A stretch of 48,842 nt of DNA from the NCBI GenBank assembly GCA_020721645.1, contig DYMH01000006.1, positions 1-48,842 on the forward strand, read 5' to 3'. The position numbers and the translations under genes are program-made. Below the pieces are notes generated by a model, which worked only from the letters and a program-made list of their open reading frames with translations, had not been told where the DNA came from and made no database searches. This document shows positions 9,123 through 18,704 of the stretch, piece by piece; the first letter of the stretch is position 1, and each line of letters starts with the position of its first letter. This DNA comes from Draconibacterium orientale (lineage in GTDB: Bacteria > Bacteroidota > Bacteroidia > Bacteroidales > JAADGE01).

Positions 9123-10412
9123 TTATATTAATATCTTATCAAGTATAAATTTATAAGCCGGAATTATTGATATTTCGATGTCGTTAATTTTTTCGTATGC
9201 TTGCTCATCGTAGGTAACAATGACTGCTTTTTTTGTTTGTAAATACTCACATGCAGTTACCAAACCTTTTATTTCTCGTTGCTTAGTATCGGAGTTTTGA
9301 ATAGAATAGCTCACTTGTACAGGCAAAAATTTGTTTTTTTCTTGGATAATAAAATCACATTCCACTATGTTTTTAAAATAGCTGATTTCTTTGTTTTGCT
9401 TTAGTATTTCTAAGGCTATTAAATTCTCTAAAAGTTTTCCTTTGTTTTCGGAGAACGAATAATCTAAGGCTGTTAAAATTCCGTTATCTACTGAATATGC
9501 TTTTTTTTCGCTTTTTACTTGTTTTATTTCGGAAAAATCAAATTTATTGATTACAAGTGCTGTAAAAGTTGATTGAATAAAGTCTAAATATTCGTACAAA
9601 ACATTGTTACTTATTTTATAACCTATTGATTTAATGTCGTTATGAATTTTGTTAACTGAAATAGGCTTAGTAACTTGCTTTAATATTTTTTTGATAAAAA
9701 ATTTTAAAATAGCGGGGTGCGAAATATTATATCTTTCAATTAAATCTTTATATATTATTGTATTAAAATAATCTTGTAATTTTCGGGTTTTAAGCTCATT
9801 ATCTAATTTGCAAATTTCGGGAAAACCTCCGTAGAAAAGAAACTTGTCAAAAAGTGATAATATTTCAATTTTTTGTTTTGTACCGTAATATTCTGCTTTT
9901 GTATCGTGAAAAGATAGAAACTCACTAAAACTGAGAGGGTAAAGTGTATAACTGATAGTTCTGCCTCGCAATTCGGTTGCAATTTCGGTACTTAATAACT
10001 TTGAATTAGAGCCGGTTATAAAAATATTGGTCGTTACGGTATCGAAAATACGTCTGACAAATTTTTCCCAACCGGGAACATTTTGAATTTCATCGAAAAA
10101 AAAATAACAATTATCAAGTTTATTTTGCGGAAATAATTCCATAAATGCTTGTAAAATCAAGTCTAAATCGGATTGTTTTAAATTTAAGCGTTCGTCTTCA
10201 AAATTTATGTAAAGAATTTGATTTTTAGGGATTTCATTTTTTAAAAGTTTTTTAATTGTTTGATAAAGTAAAAATGTTTTCCCGCTCCTTCTCACACCTA
10301 TTACAGTAACAATAATACCGGTATTTATCGGCAAATCTAATTGCCTGTTATAACTATTTTTCAAGTTATCGGTCTGAAAATTAATGATTATATTTTTTAT
10401 AATATCTTTCAT
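9123..10412 (-). CDS. AAA_14 ATPase with DUF4143 C-terminus
   Basis: GVRRSGKT, FFDEIQ, ITGSNS, LRGR, GGFPE, LLEN, ECDFI. Confidence 0.9.
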   Translation of the reverse strand: MKDIIKNIIINFQTDNLKNSYNRQLDLPINTGIIVTVIGVRRSGKTFLLYQTIKKLLKNEIPKNQILYINFEDERLNLKQSDLDLILQAFMELFPQNKLDNCYFFFDEIQNVPGWEKFVRRIFDTVTTNIFITGSNSKLLSTEIATELRGRTISYTLYPLSFSEFLSFHDTKAEYYGTKQKIEILSLFDKFLFYGGFPEICKLDNELKTRKLQDYFNTIIYKDLIERYNISHPAILKFFIKKILKQVTKPISVNKIHNDIKSIGYKISNNVLYEYLDFIQSTFTALVINKFDFSEIKQVKSEKKAYSVDNGILTALDYSFSENKGKLLENLIALEILKQNKEISYFKNIVECDFIIQEKNKFLPVQVSYSIQNSDTKQREIKGLVTACEYLQTKKAVIVTYDEQAYEKINDIEISIIPAYKFILDKILI

Positions 10413-10531
10413 GGCGTAAAGCTACAAAAGTTTCGCCAATTTAACGAAAGTTTTAGCAAAAATTTCGTTGTACTGACTAAACTTTTGCGGGTAAATTATA
10501 AAAGACTGATATACAATTCTTCATTCCGGGT

Positions 10532-10627
10532 TTCATAATCTGTAAATGACTTTTTTAAAACATAATCAAGAGCATCGGGCAGATAATGGGACGTGTTGTA
10601 AGAGGGGATTATGATTGAGATTTTCAT
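10532..10627 (-). repeat. 5' stub of the GT2 gene at 7938-8867
   Basis: MKISIIIPSYNTSHYLPDALDYVLKKSFTDYE versus intact MKNSIIIPTFNTAHYLPDAIDSVLKSTMSEYE; starts 5 nt after the stop of the previous GT2. Confidence 0.9.
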
Positions 10628-10632
10628 CTGTA

Positions 10633-11580
10633 TTATTTTACAATATTTTCCCACAAACGTGTTATTCCAAAACCTTTTTTAAAGGTAAAACCAAACTTGT
10701 TAAAAAGGTAAAACAAAAATATCGTAAAACCGGAAATTTCTTTCTCATTTTTCTTAAAAATACGGTAATATTCTTTAACCGGTTTAAATGTTTTAAGTTT
10801 ATAGAAAAATAAAATGGCGTGCATTGTATTATAAAAAAATGTTTGCAGATGTTCGGTTGAATTTAGCTTTCTCACATCGGAGACATATAGAAAAAGACCG
10901 TTAATCATTTTATCCAATGCTTCTTTTTTGTATTTAATTTCATTTGGGGTTAAGCGATAGAAACAATCCGGCTTGGTATCATTAAATACGTCAAATGACG
11001 GTTTGTATTTTAATAATATTTTTGTATGAAATTCAGGATCTTGCAGGCGTTGGTATCTTTCGTCAAATCGTATATTATTATTTTTCAGAAACGAGGATCG
11101 CCAGATTGGGCAAGTTATAGCCCAAGATAAGTCATATTTTAAAAACATTTCTAAATATTCGTTGTTTTGGCAATATTTATTTACTAACGTACCAGTATCG
11201 CCGGGCGTTTTGCGGAATATTTCCATTTTGAACACGGCAAAATCCAATTGCGAATTGGTTTCCATGTATGCTACTCTTTCATCAACGCACTTCGGAGCAA
11301 GCAAATCATCGGAATCTAAAAAAATAACATATTCCCCATTTGCCTCTGAAATTCCGATATTTCGGCACGCAGAAGCTCCCTTGGGTTGTGTTTCTCTATA
11401 CTTTATACTCACTCGACTGTCGTGTTTTATAAAATTCCCTGCAATTTTTGCTGATTCATCGGTCGAGCCGTCGTCAATAATTATTATTTCGATATTTTTA
11501 TATGTCTGATTTAAACACGACTCTATTGTCTCGGAAATGTATTTTTCGGAATTGAACAGAGGGATAATGATTGAAACCAT
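10633..11580 (-). CDS. GT2 glycosyltransferase
   Basis: VSIIIPLFN, IDDGSTD, CRNIG, FLDSDD. Confidence 0.95.
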   Translation of the reverse strand: MVSIIIPLFNSEKYISETIESCLNQTYKNIEIIIIDDGSTDESAKIAGNFIKHDSRVSIKYRETQPKGASACRNIGISEANGEYVIFLDSDDLLAPKCVDERVAYMETNSQLDFAVFKMEIFRKTPGDTGTLVNKYCQNNEYLEMFLKYDLSWAITCPIWRSSFLKNNNIRFDERYQRLQDPEFHTKILLKYKPSFDVFNDTKPDCFYRLTPNEIKYKKEALDKMINGLFLYVSDVRKLNSTEHLQTFFYNTMHAILFFYKLKTFKPVKEYYRIFKKNEKEISGFTIFLFYLFNKFGFTFKKGFGITRLWENIVK

Positions 11581-11587
11581 ATTTTTA

Positions 11588-12754
11588 TTAAGATTTGTAA
11601 AGGTTTGTATATAAATCTAAATAGGCTTTTCTCATTTTATCAATCCCGAAGTTATCAATAGCTTTTACACGAGCTGCTACTGATATATTTTGCCTTAACC
11701 GGTCATCTGTACATAATCTTTTAATTGCATTTTCCAATGCAACATTGTCTTTCTCATCTACTAATAAGCCGGTAATATCATTTTCGACTGCATCCGGAAT
11801 TCCGGCATGGTTAGTAGAAACTACTGCACATCCTGCAGCCATTGCTTCGATAATTGTGTTGGGATAACCTTCCATATCTCCATTTATACCAACTCTGCTG
11901 TTTAAGATAAATATATTTGCTTGTTTTATCGCATCAATAACTTGATTGTGAGGTTGTTTTCCCCAAAAAACTATGTATTTCTCCAAATTCAACTCCTTCA
12001 CAAGATTCTCTGAAATTTCTCTTTCATCACCGTCCCCGATAATATCCAGTCTGATATTTTTAAGATTACCGGAGATTACTAAATTTCCGAAGACTCTTAT
12101 TAAATCAGGAACTCCCTTCTTATTCGCGATCCTTCCTGCATGCAGTAATCTGATTATGGTTTCATCTTTTGCTATATTATTGTCAAAAAGGGTAATATTT
12201 GTTCCGTAAGGTATTAAAACATTTTTAGTAAGGTCTAAGCCGTAATTTGTTAATCTGGCTGTCATGTCCTTAGATACTGTAATTGTAGCAGATATGCTGT
12301 GAAACAGTTTTCTAAGGTGTTTGCAGTATTCCGTTTCTTTCAATAACTGCGAGGCATCATACCCGTGGAAATGACAGATAAGAGGAATTGTGAACTTTTT
12401 AGCAATATTTAAAAACTTTAATGCATTATTACCATAGTTACAATGTATTATATCTATACTTTCATTAAGTATGATTTTTTCAATTTGATTTCTGGAAGAG
12501 GCAGGGAAACTATATTTTCCGGTTCTTTGTATATTGCGTTTTATATAACTGAAAATACGATCAATAAAAGATACTGGAATCGTATTTATTTTAAAAACTT
12601 CAAACTTACTAAAATCATAAACACCTTCATTTTGTGTTTTTTCACACAATATAACAGGTTCAAATTTGTCGGTTTTATATATTTGATTGAATATAAAAGT
12701 TTCGGATATCGCAAATGCTGTTTCTGTGTAAAATAATACTTTCATTATAGGCAA
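11588..12754 (-). CDS. GT4 glycosyltransferase (WcaL-like)
   Basis: SETFI, HFHGYD, GR...KKG, EGYP..IIEAMA.G, HAGIP; true start may be 12745. Confidence 0.92.
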   Translation of the reverse strand: MPIMKVLFYTETAFAISETFIFNQIYKTDKFEPVILCEKTQNEGVYDFSKFEVFKINTIPVSFIDRIFSYIKRNIQRTGKYSFPASSRNQIEKIILNESIDIIHCNYGNNALKFLNIAKKFTIPLICHFHGYDASQLLKETEYCKHLRKLFHSISATITVSKDMTARLTNYGLDLTKNVLIPYGTNITLFDNNIAKDETIIRLLHAGRIANKKGVPDLIRVFGNLVISGNLKNIRLDIIGDGDEREISENLVKELNLEKYIVFWGKQPHNQVIDAIKQANIFILNSRVGINGDMEGYPNTIIEAMAAGCAVVSTNHAGIPDAVENDITGLLVDEKDNVALENAIKRLCTDDRLRQNISVAARVKAIDNFGIDKMRKAYLDLYTNLYKS

Positions 12755-14079
12755 TTATTAAAATCTTTAAAATTCATTACACCTGTATTTATGTTAATAG
12801 TAACGAGTTTTGTTTTTGAAATCGGAAATGTGTCAATTTCATTTACTGTATTCTCTCTCTGTATTTCAATAATTTTGTTAATATTTATATCGGGGAGATA
12901 TATTTTATCAAAGCCTTTTAATAAAGGGGTTGCCGGATATTTTTTTCTAATTTTACAATATAACGGAATCAGCTTTGTATTATCAAAATCTAATTGCATT
13001 GATAAAGCGACAACTTCGCAAAACTCAAGCGAATGTGCATTGAAATTATGAAACATTAAGTATTGGTATGCCTTATTTTTTTGTATGTATGTTAATCCTT
13101 TTTTTATTATTCCCTTTATTTTGGTGATCATTTTTTCATCACTCAAATTTGGTTGTTTCAAACTTAATATACAATATTTTGTTAGATCATTTAAGTTGAT
13201 TAAATGGTAATGATAATTGGTACCGGACAATTTAACTTCTCTTTCGGTATAACCATCGTTGTGAAAAATAAATGGACTTTTGTATTTTTCTTTTAGTCGT
13301 ATTTTGTATAAATACTTTTCAAATATCCAATTAATGTGTTTATATTTCCTTTTTCTTTCATTCATAAACAACAGAATGCGAAATAAAGGGTCAATATATT
13401 TAAAATAAAAATTCACCTTTTGGTTGATAAAGAAATGAAGACATTCAACTCCTTCTTCAAAATCAAATTTTAATTTTCTTATTAATTCTTCGTAACCAGA
13501 GCAATCTTTAAGTACTAAATAGGTGTTAAGAGTGTGGAGATGGGTGTTGAAAATTAACATGTTATTCTCAGATTCGCCTATTATACTTTGTGTAAAATGA
13601 TAATCATGATAAGGCAGGAACGATCTTTCTTGTGAATCATGAAAAAACCATTTTCCCATTGTAAGATCTTCCTTAAAACTAAAATGGTAAATAATGAGTT
13701 TTTGAATAAGGTCATCGCTGAAAAAGACACCTTCCTTTCTAAGTGCCACAATAAGCTGAATTAATGTTGCAGTAAACCTTAAATGAGTTTCATTTTTCCC
13801 CCAACTATCGTGTATAAAATAATCATCATTTTCCGATAGTCTTTTTTGAATTGATAAAGTTAATTTTTTTAAGAAATACTTTATGTCAGAATTATATACA
13901 GATTGAAAAAAAAGCAAGGCGTGAAACAGACCGTATGCATCCATTTCCATGAGCTTGCCCGTTCGCCTATCTATAAGAAACTCATTATCGAAAAATAATT
14001 CGAAATTATCCGGGAAATTAAGTTCGGTAAATGAGCCGGGTATATTGAATTTGAAGTTTTTGTAGTCTTGTAAATTCAT
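12745..14079 (-). CDS. Hypothetical 444-aa protein in the polysaccharide locus
   Basis: Long ORF overlapping both neighbours; helical, with FNTHLHTL and YHYHLINL motifs. Confidence 0.75.
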   Translation of the reverse strand: MNLQDYKNFKFNIPGSFTELNFPDNFELFFDNEFLIDRRTGKLMEMDAYGLFHALLFFQSVYNSDIKYFLKKLTLSIQKRLSENDDYFIHDSWGKNETHLRFTATLIQLIVALRKEGVFFSDDLIQKLIIYHFSFKEDLTMGKWFFHDSQERSFLPYHDYHFTQSIIGESENNMLIFNTHLHTLNTYLVLKDCSGYEELIRKLKFDFEEGVECLHFFINQKVNFYFKYIDPLFRILLFMNERKRKYKHINWIFEKYLYKIRLKEKYKSPFIFHNDGYTEREVKLSGTNYHYHLINLNDLTKYCILSLKQPNLSDEKMITKIKGIIKKGLTYIQKNKAYQYLMFHNFNAHSLEFCEVVALSMQLDFDNTKLIPLYCKIRKKYPATPLLKGFDKIYLPDININKIIEIQRENTVNEIDTFPISKTKLVTININTGVMNFKDFNNCL

Positions 14080-14867
14080 TTAATATTAAAAAAGTTCCGA
14101 TAAAACTTACTTTTAAGAAACTTGCTGTATCGCTGGATAAGCCTTGAATTCCTGTATATTAAAAGCTCTGAAAGATTTTTTTTATAAGTCAAATAAAAAT
14201 CAAGTTCCTCAGGGAAGTACTTTGATATTATTTTTTGTCTTTCATTTTCTTTATTAAGTAATTGTGTTTGGCTTACACCATTCAAATCAAAATAGACACA
14301 GTTTATATCAAGGTATTCATATGTGCATTTTTCGATTATGATTTTTTTTATAAAGAAATCATAATCAGATAGTATCTTGTAGTTTTCGTCGTAAAGGGTG
14401 TTTTTAAGTAAATCTGATTTTAAATACGTTGATGGGTGCCCGATATTACTTGTCAGAAAGAATGTTAATGAAAGTTTAGCCGGAAATTTCCAATTCTTAG
14501 CATGTGTGCGTACATTACAATACATTAAATCCTTATTTTGATAAGTTTCGAAAATTGCCCTCAGGACTCCTTCATCAACCAACCAATCCCCCGAGTTCAA
14601 AAACTGACAATACTCCCCCTTTGCAACCTTAATGCCTTTGTTCATGGCGTTATAAATGCCTTTATCCGGTTCGGAAACCCAATAGATGATTTTATCGGCG
14701 TATTGTTTTATGATTTCTACACTGCCGTCAGTACTTCCGCCATCTATGATGATATATTCATAATCCGTAAAAGTTTGAGAAATAACACTTTCGATGGTCT
14801 TTGTCAGACCTTCAGCATTGTTGAGGTTTACTGTAATTATGGAGAGTTTGGGCGTATTAGAGTTCAT
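14076..14867 (-). CDS. GT2 glycosyltransferase (WcaE/WfgS-like)
   Basis: KLSIITVNLNN, IDGGSTDGS, WVSEPDKGIYNAMNKG, FLNSGD, SDYDF. Confidence 0.95.
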   Translation of the reverse strand: MNSNTPKLSIITVNLNNAEGLTKTIESVISQTFTDYEYIIIDGGSTDGSVEIIKQYADKIIYWVSEPDKGIYNAMNKGIKVAKGEYCQFLNSGDWLVDEGVLRAIFETYQNKDLMYCNVRTHAKNWKFPAKLSLTFFLTSNIGHPSTYLKSDLLKNTLYDENYKILSDYDFFIKKIIIEKCTYEYLDINCVYFDLNGVSQTQLLNKENERQKIISKYFPEELDFYLTYKKNLSELLIYRNSRLIQRYSKFLKSKFYRNFFNIK

Positions 14868-14912
14868 TGAGAAATTGCTTGTTTTTATCTATACCTTTTT
14901 TTCCGATAACAT

Positions 14913-15014
14913 TTACTTGTTGTCGAGTGTTGAAAAGCATTCGATGCAGCTAAAACTCTGCAAGTTTTTTAGAAGTTCCAGTGTACTTGCTTCGATTGTA
15001 TTTTTGTATAGCAT
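14913..15014 (-). pseudogene. Truncated AbiEii toxin start
   Basis: MLYKNTIEASTLELLKNLQS matches MLYYKTIEQDTLDILKKIQS of 21302-21922, then stops at codon 34. Confidence 0.8.
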
Positions 15015-15274
15015 TTAAATTCATTTTTAGGGATATTCAAAAATATGCTTGCAAAGTTTAATGTTTTTTTATCTAAAAATCCGGCTTTAACGATTTCTTG
15101 TTTAATCGTTTCTACGCCATAAAATTGTATAACAATCTGTAAATCTTGCAAATTGCCTCGCGTAAAAACACGTTCGATAATTGTTGTTTTGTTCTTCTGA
15201 AAATCTAAACTTTTTCTGTCTATATCCCAAAAAAGGTGTTCGGATAAATTGTTTATATCAAATTCTATGTTCAT
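14969..15274 (-). CDS. DUF6922-like antitoxin (orphan)
   Basis: HLFWD...IIERV..RG...D; paralog of 21877-22182 and 24925-25209. Confidence 0.8.
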   Translation of the reverse strand: MNIEFDINNLSEHLFWDIDRKSLDFQKNKTTIIERVFTRGNLQDLQIVIQFYGVETIKQEIVKAGFLDKKTLNFASIFLNIPKNEFKCYTKIQSKQVHWNF

Positions 15275-15393
15275 AAAACAGATTTTATTTTTAAAATACC
15301 TGTAAAATATTGACTAACAACGCTTTCAATGGTTTTCTGCAAGCCGGCAGCGTTGTTGAAGTTTACTGTGATTATGGAGAGTTTGATGAGCAT
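15271..15393 (-). repeat. GT2 (KLSIITVN) 5' stub; 40-aa mini-ORF whose TGA overlaps the antitoxin ATG
   Basis: MLIKLSIITVNFNNAAGLQKTIESVVSQYFTGILKIKSVL*. Confidence 0.9.
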
Positions 15394-15469
15394 GAAGAAA
15401 AATTGATTTAGATATTCGGATTACTACTTGTGGAATAATTCTTTTTAAGGGATTTTTCAATACCTTAAT

Positions 15470-16600
15470 TCATTTTTGTAAACAATTTATAATAGAATCA
15501 ATTTCATTTATGGTCAGTTCGTAATACATGGGCAGCCGTAATAGAGAGTTTGTAAATTTGTCGGAATTCGGCAGTAACCTGCCGTCGTGTTTTAGTGTGT
15601 AATAAGTGCTTGAATGTAGCGAAATATAATGAAATACGGCTAAAATATCGTGTTTTTTTAATTTGTCAATGCTTTTAGTTCTTTCATCTAATGAAGAAAA
15701 CCTGATATAAAACATGTGTCCGTTGTTGACTGCATATATTGGAATTTGTGGCATAATTATTTTTAATTTATCGGCAATAGGAAGAATACATTTATAATAA
15801 TACTCCCAAAGATTTTTTCTTTTCTTTTGAATTATCTCAATATTCTCTAATTGTGCCCAAAGGAAAGCCGCAGTAATTTCAGAAGGTAAAAAACTTGATC
15901 CGATATCAACCCAACCATATTTATTTATTTCGCCTCTAAAAAACTGTGCACGGTTAGTTCCTTTTTCCCAAATAATTTCGGCTCTTTCTAAAAAACGTTC
16001 ATCGTTAATGGCAAGCATTCCGCCTTCGCCCGAAATTATATTTTTAGTTTCGTGAAAAGAAAAAGCTGCCAAATGACCAATGCTACCTAAGGCTTTTTTA
16101 ATACCATTTTCCCCTATATAAAAACTATCAATTGCTTGTGCTGCATCTTCAATTACCAAAAGATTATGGCGCACTGCAATTTCCATAATTTTATCCATAT
16201 CGCAAGCAACCCCTGCGTAGTGAACAGGAACGATGGCTTTAGTTTTAGGCGTAATCAACACTTCTATTTTACCGGCATCGATATTTGGATTATCAGAATA
16301 AGAATCTGCAAAAATAATTTTAGCACCTTGTCTTACAAATGCTAATGCAGTAGAAACAAATGTATAACTTGGTATTATTACTTCATCGCCTGTTTTAATA
16401 TCAGCAAGTATAGCTGCCATTTCCAATGCATCTGTGCAAGATGTTGTGAGTAAAGCCTTTTTAAAACCGTATTTCTGTTCAAGAAAATCTTGAGACATTT
16501 TGGTAAAGATTCCATTTCCTGAAATTTTACCTGATTGCACAGCTTTTTCAATGTATTTTAATTCACTGCCGATTAAGAATGGTTTATTAAAGGGTATCAT
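15470..16600 (-). CDS. wecE: dTDP-4-amino-4,6-dideoxygalactose transaminase
   Basis: MIPFNKP, SCTDALEM, SFHETKN, EKGTNR..FFRG, KY.WVD.GSS; DegT family RffA signature. Confidence 0.92.
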   Translation of the reverse strand: MIPFNKPFLIGSELKYIEKAVQSGKISGNGIFTKMSQDFLEQKYGFKKALLTTSCTDALEMAAILADIKTGDEVIIPSYTFVSTALAFVRQGAKIIFADSYSDNPNIDAGKIEVLITPKTKAIVPVHYAGVACDMDKIMEIAVRHNLLVIEDAAQAIDSFYIGENGIKKALGSIGHLAAFSFHETKNIISGEGGMLAINDERFLERAEIIWEKGTNRAQFFRGEINKYGWVDIGSSFLPSEITAAFLWAQLENIEIIQKKRKNLWEYYYKCILPIADKLKIIMPQIPIYAVNNGHMFYIRFSSLDERTKSIDKLKKHDILAVFHYISLHSSTYYTLKHDGRLLPNSDKFTNSLLRLPMYYELTINEIDSIINCLQK

Positions 16601-17325
16601 TTATTATTTCTAAAGTGATAAATATATTTAGTCTCTTCTATCTTATTGAATCCCATCTTTAAATGAAAGTTGAAAGAGTCGGAATTTTTAAAAGAAAATG
16701 GACTTTTTATTGTGTTAATATCGGTTTCATTTGAAAAAAAACCAAAAGCTTGATTCCATAATTTCCGACCAATCCCCAATCTCTTGTAATTTGGGTTTAC
16801 GCCGGTTAAGGTAAAATAGCCAACTTTATTTTCTTTATCTACTTTTATTAAATGTATTCCAATTGTTGTGTCTTTTTCTTTAATTAAAAACAAACCATCT
16901 GAAAAAGTTTTATTCAATCCGTTATCAATCCATTTTCTATAAAGCATTTTGGTTTTTTCCGGACCGATTAGTTGTTCGTTGTAAAATCTTGAAACGACAG
17001 AAGTTTTTTCAGCAATGTCATAACATTCAATAATTTCGTTCTGAGTGAGTGTATTTTTAAAATTATATTCTTTATTAATGTTTGTAATTTTATCAAAAGG
17101 CATTGACATCGTTATCATTATGTCTACTAAATCCAAATTAGCAAGTCGGATTGTTTCATGAGAAAGCATATTTTTATTGCTGTAAATATAAACAAGATCG
17201 AAATTTTGCTTCGCTTCAACTATAAAACTACGTGTATCGAAATGAGTTTGATTTTCTAATAAAACTCGCCCGATTCTCTTCCCGAAAAAATCCGAATCCC
17301 AATCTAATCTATTAATTTGCTTCAT
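16597..17325 (-). CDS. GNAT acetyltransferase, WecD/RffC-like (dTDP-fucosamine acetyltransferase)
   Basis: L.WDSDFFG.RIG N-terminus, SRF, YRKW, RLGIG; adjacent to wecE. Confidence 0.75.
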   Translation of the reverse strand: MKQINRLDWDSDFFGKRIGRVLLENQTHFDTRSFIVEAKQNFDLVYIYSNKNMLSHETIRLANLDLVDIMITMSMPFDKITNINKEYNFKNTLTQNEIIECYDIAEKTSVVSRFYNEQLIGPEKTKMLYRKWIDNGLNKTFSDGLFLIKEKDTTIGIHLIKVDKENKVGYFTLTGVNPNYKRLGIGRKLWNQAFGFFSNETDINTIKSPFSFKNSDSFNFHLKMGFNKIEETKYIYHFRNNK

Positions 17326-17402
17326 AAAACAAAATCGGTTTTAATATAGACTACACAGTTTACTGCTATAGGTTTGGGATAATTAATAACTCCAAGTATT
17401 TA

Positions 17403-18704
17403 TTAAAAAATTTCATTGAAAACTTTATTTGCATATTCAAATGAAGAAAAATCGACAACTTGTTTTACAGAATTGTCTGAGTATTTGTTGTATGCTTCTT
17501 TCGATAATTCAAAAATCAATTTTATCCCAAATGCCAAATCATGCGAATCTTTTAATTTTGCTTTATATCCATTATAATTATTAATAACCATATTGTTTAC
17601 AATCCCCATATCAAAACCAACGACGGGTGTTCCGCATGCCAAGGCTTCCGTTACCATCATCGGTCCGGAATCTTCTATTGAAGTATTTATAAAAACATCA
17701 GACGCTTGATATAATAGTGATAACAAACGGTAGTCTTTAATGTAGTTGATATGTTTTTTTTGAAAGGGTATATCGTTAAAAGAATTTGAAATTTTTGTTG
17801 AAACTATTAATACTTCTATTGTATCTCTTTGCTCATCAGTAATGTTTTTATTAAGAATATTTAATGCGTCTATTAAATATTCAAAACCCTTTCTTTTTTC
17901 AATAGCATTTTGGCACCCCATTAGCATATAGAACTTATTTTTGTCTAAATTAAAAATATCTTTAGCATAAGTCCTATTTCTGTTATGCATAATCTTTGTA
18001 TCAATTAAGCTGTTTATATTAAATATTGTAGTTTGATTTTTATAGATTTTAGATAAAGAGGCTTGTTGTATAGTCCAACCCGAACCGGTTAAAATCTTAA
18101 AATTGCCTAATTTTGCATTTTTGTATTTAGTTTCAAAATTGATTTGTGCCAGCTTTTTTTTGTCTTTATTTATTATAGCAGGACAATTTTCATCGCAACC
18201 GGTAATGTATCCTTTACAATCCCATGCATAATGACAACCGCCGGTAAAATGATTCATGTCCACCGTAATGTTATATACAGCAGCCTTTGAAAATTGTTGA
18301 ATATACAATAAATCAGTAGAATTCATAAAGCCATATGTTATTCCGCTAAAAATATATTCAGGTATAAATCCAATTTGTTTTATAACTTGATCAACAGAGA
18401 TATTGACACTTGTTTCGTCTTTACTAAAAAAATAAAAATTAGAATCGAACGAAATATTATTTTTTTTTGGCGGCTGGAAGTAATTTTTTAGTTTAATCCA
18501 AATACGAATAAGTAAACTTCTTTTTATATTATTAATTGGCTGATATTGAATGACAATATTATCATGTTGTGTTTTGTGTTTAACTAACATTGCTACTATA
18601 TGACCCTTATCCACAAATAATTGTGCAACCTTAAAAATATATTCAGCAGCTCCGTTTGTGTCGCTTGTAGAAAGTAATAATATTCGTTTCTTTATATCTC
18701 CCAT
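17403..18704 (-). CDS. GT4 glycosyltransferase (WcaC-like)
   Basis: FTGGCHY, RKG, EALACGTPVVGF. Confidence 0.9.
   Translation of the reverse strand: MGDIKKRILLLSTSDTNGAAEYIFKVAQLFVDKGHIVAMLVKHKTQHDNIVIQYQPINNIKRSLLIRIWIKLKNYFQPPKKNNISFDSNFYFFSKDETSVNISVDQVIKQIGFIPEYIFSGITYGFMNSTDLLYIQQFSKAAVYNITVDMNHFTGGCHYAWDCKGYITGCDENCPAIINKDKKKLAQINFETKYKNAKLGNFKILTGSGWTIQQASLSKIYKNQTTIFNINSLIDTKIMHNRNRTYAKDIFNLDKNKFYMLMGCQNAIEKRKGFEYLIDALNILNKNITDEQRDTIEVLIVSTKISNSFNDIPFQKKHINYIKDYRLLSLLYQASDVFINTSIEDSGPMMVTEALACGTPVVGFDMGIVNNMVINNYNGYKAKLKDSHDLAFGIKLIFELSKEAYNKYSDNSVKQVVDFSSFEYANKVFNEIF

Noticed and set aside
15394-15469. Possible extra gene-start stub (LKNPLKRIIPQVVIRISKSIF) after wecE
   Set aside because: Too short, and there is no matching full gene in the window.
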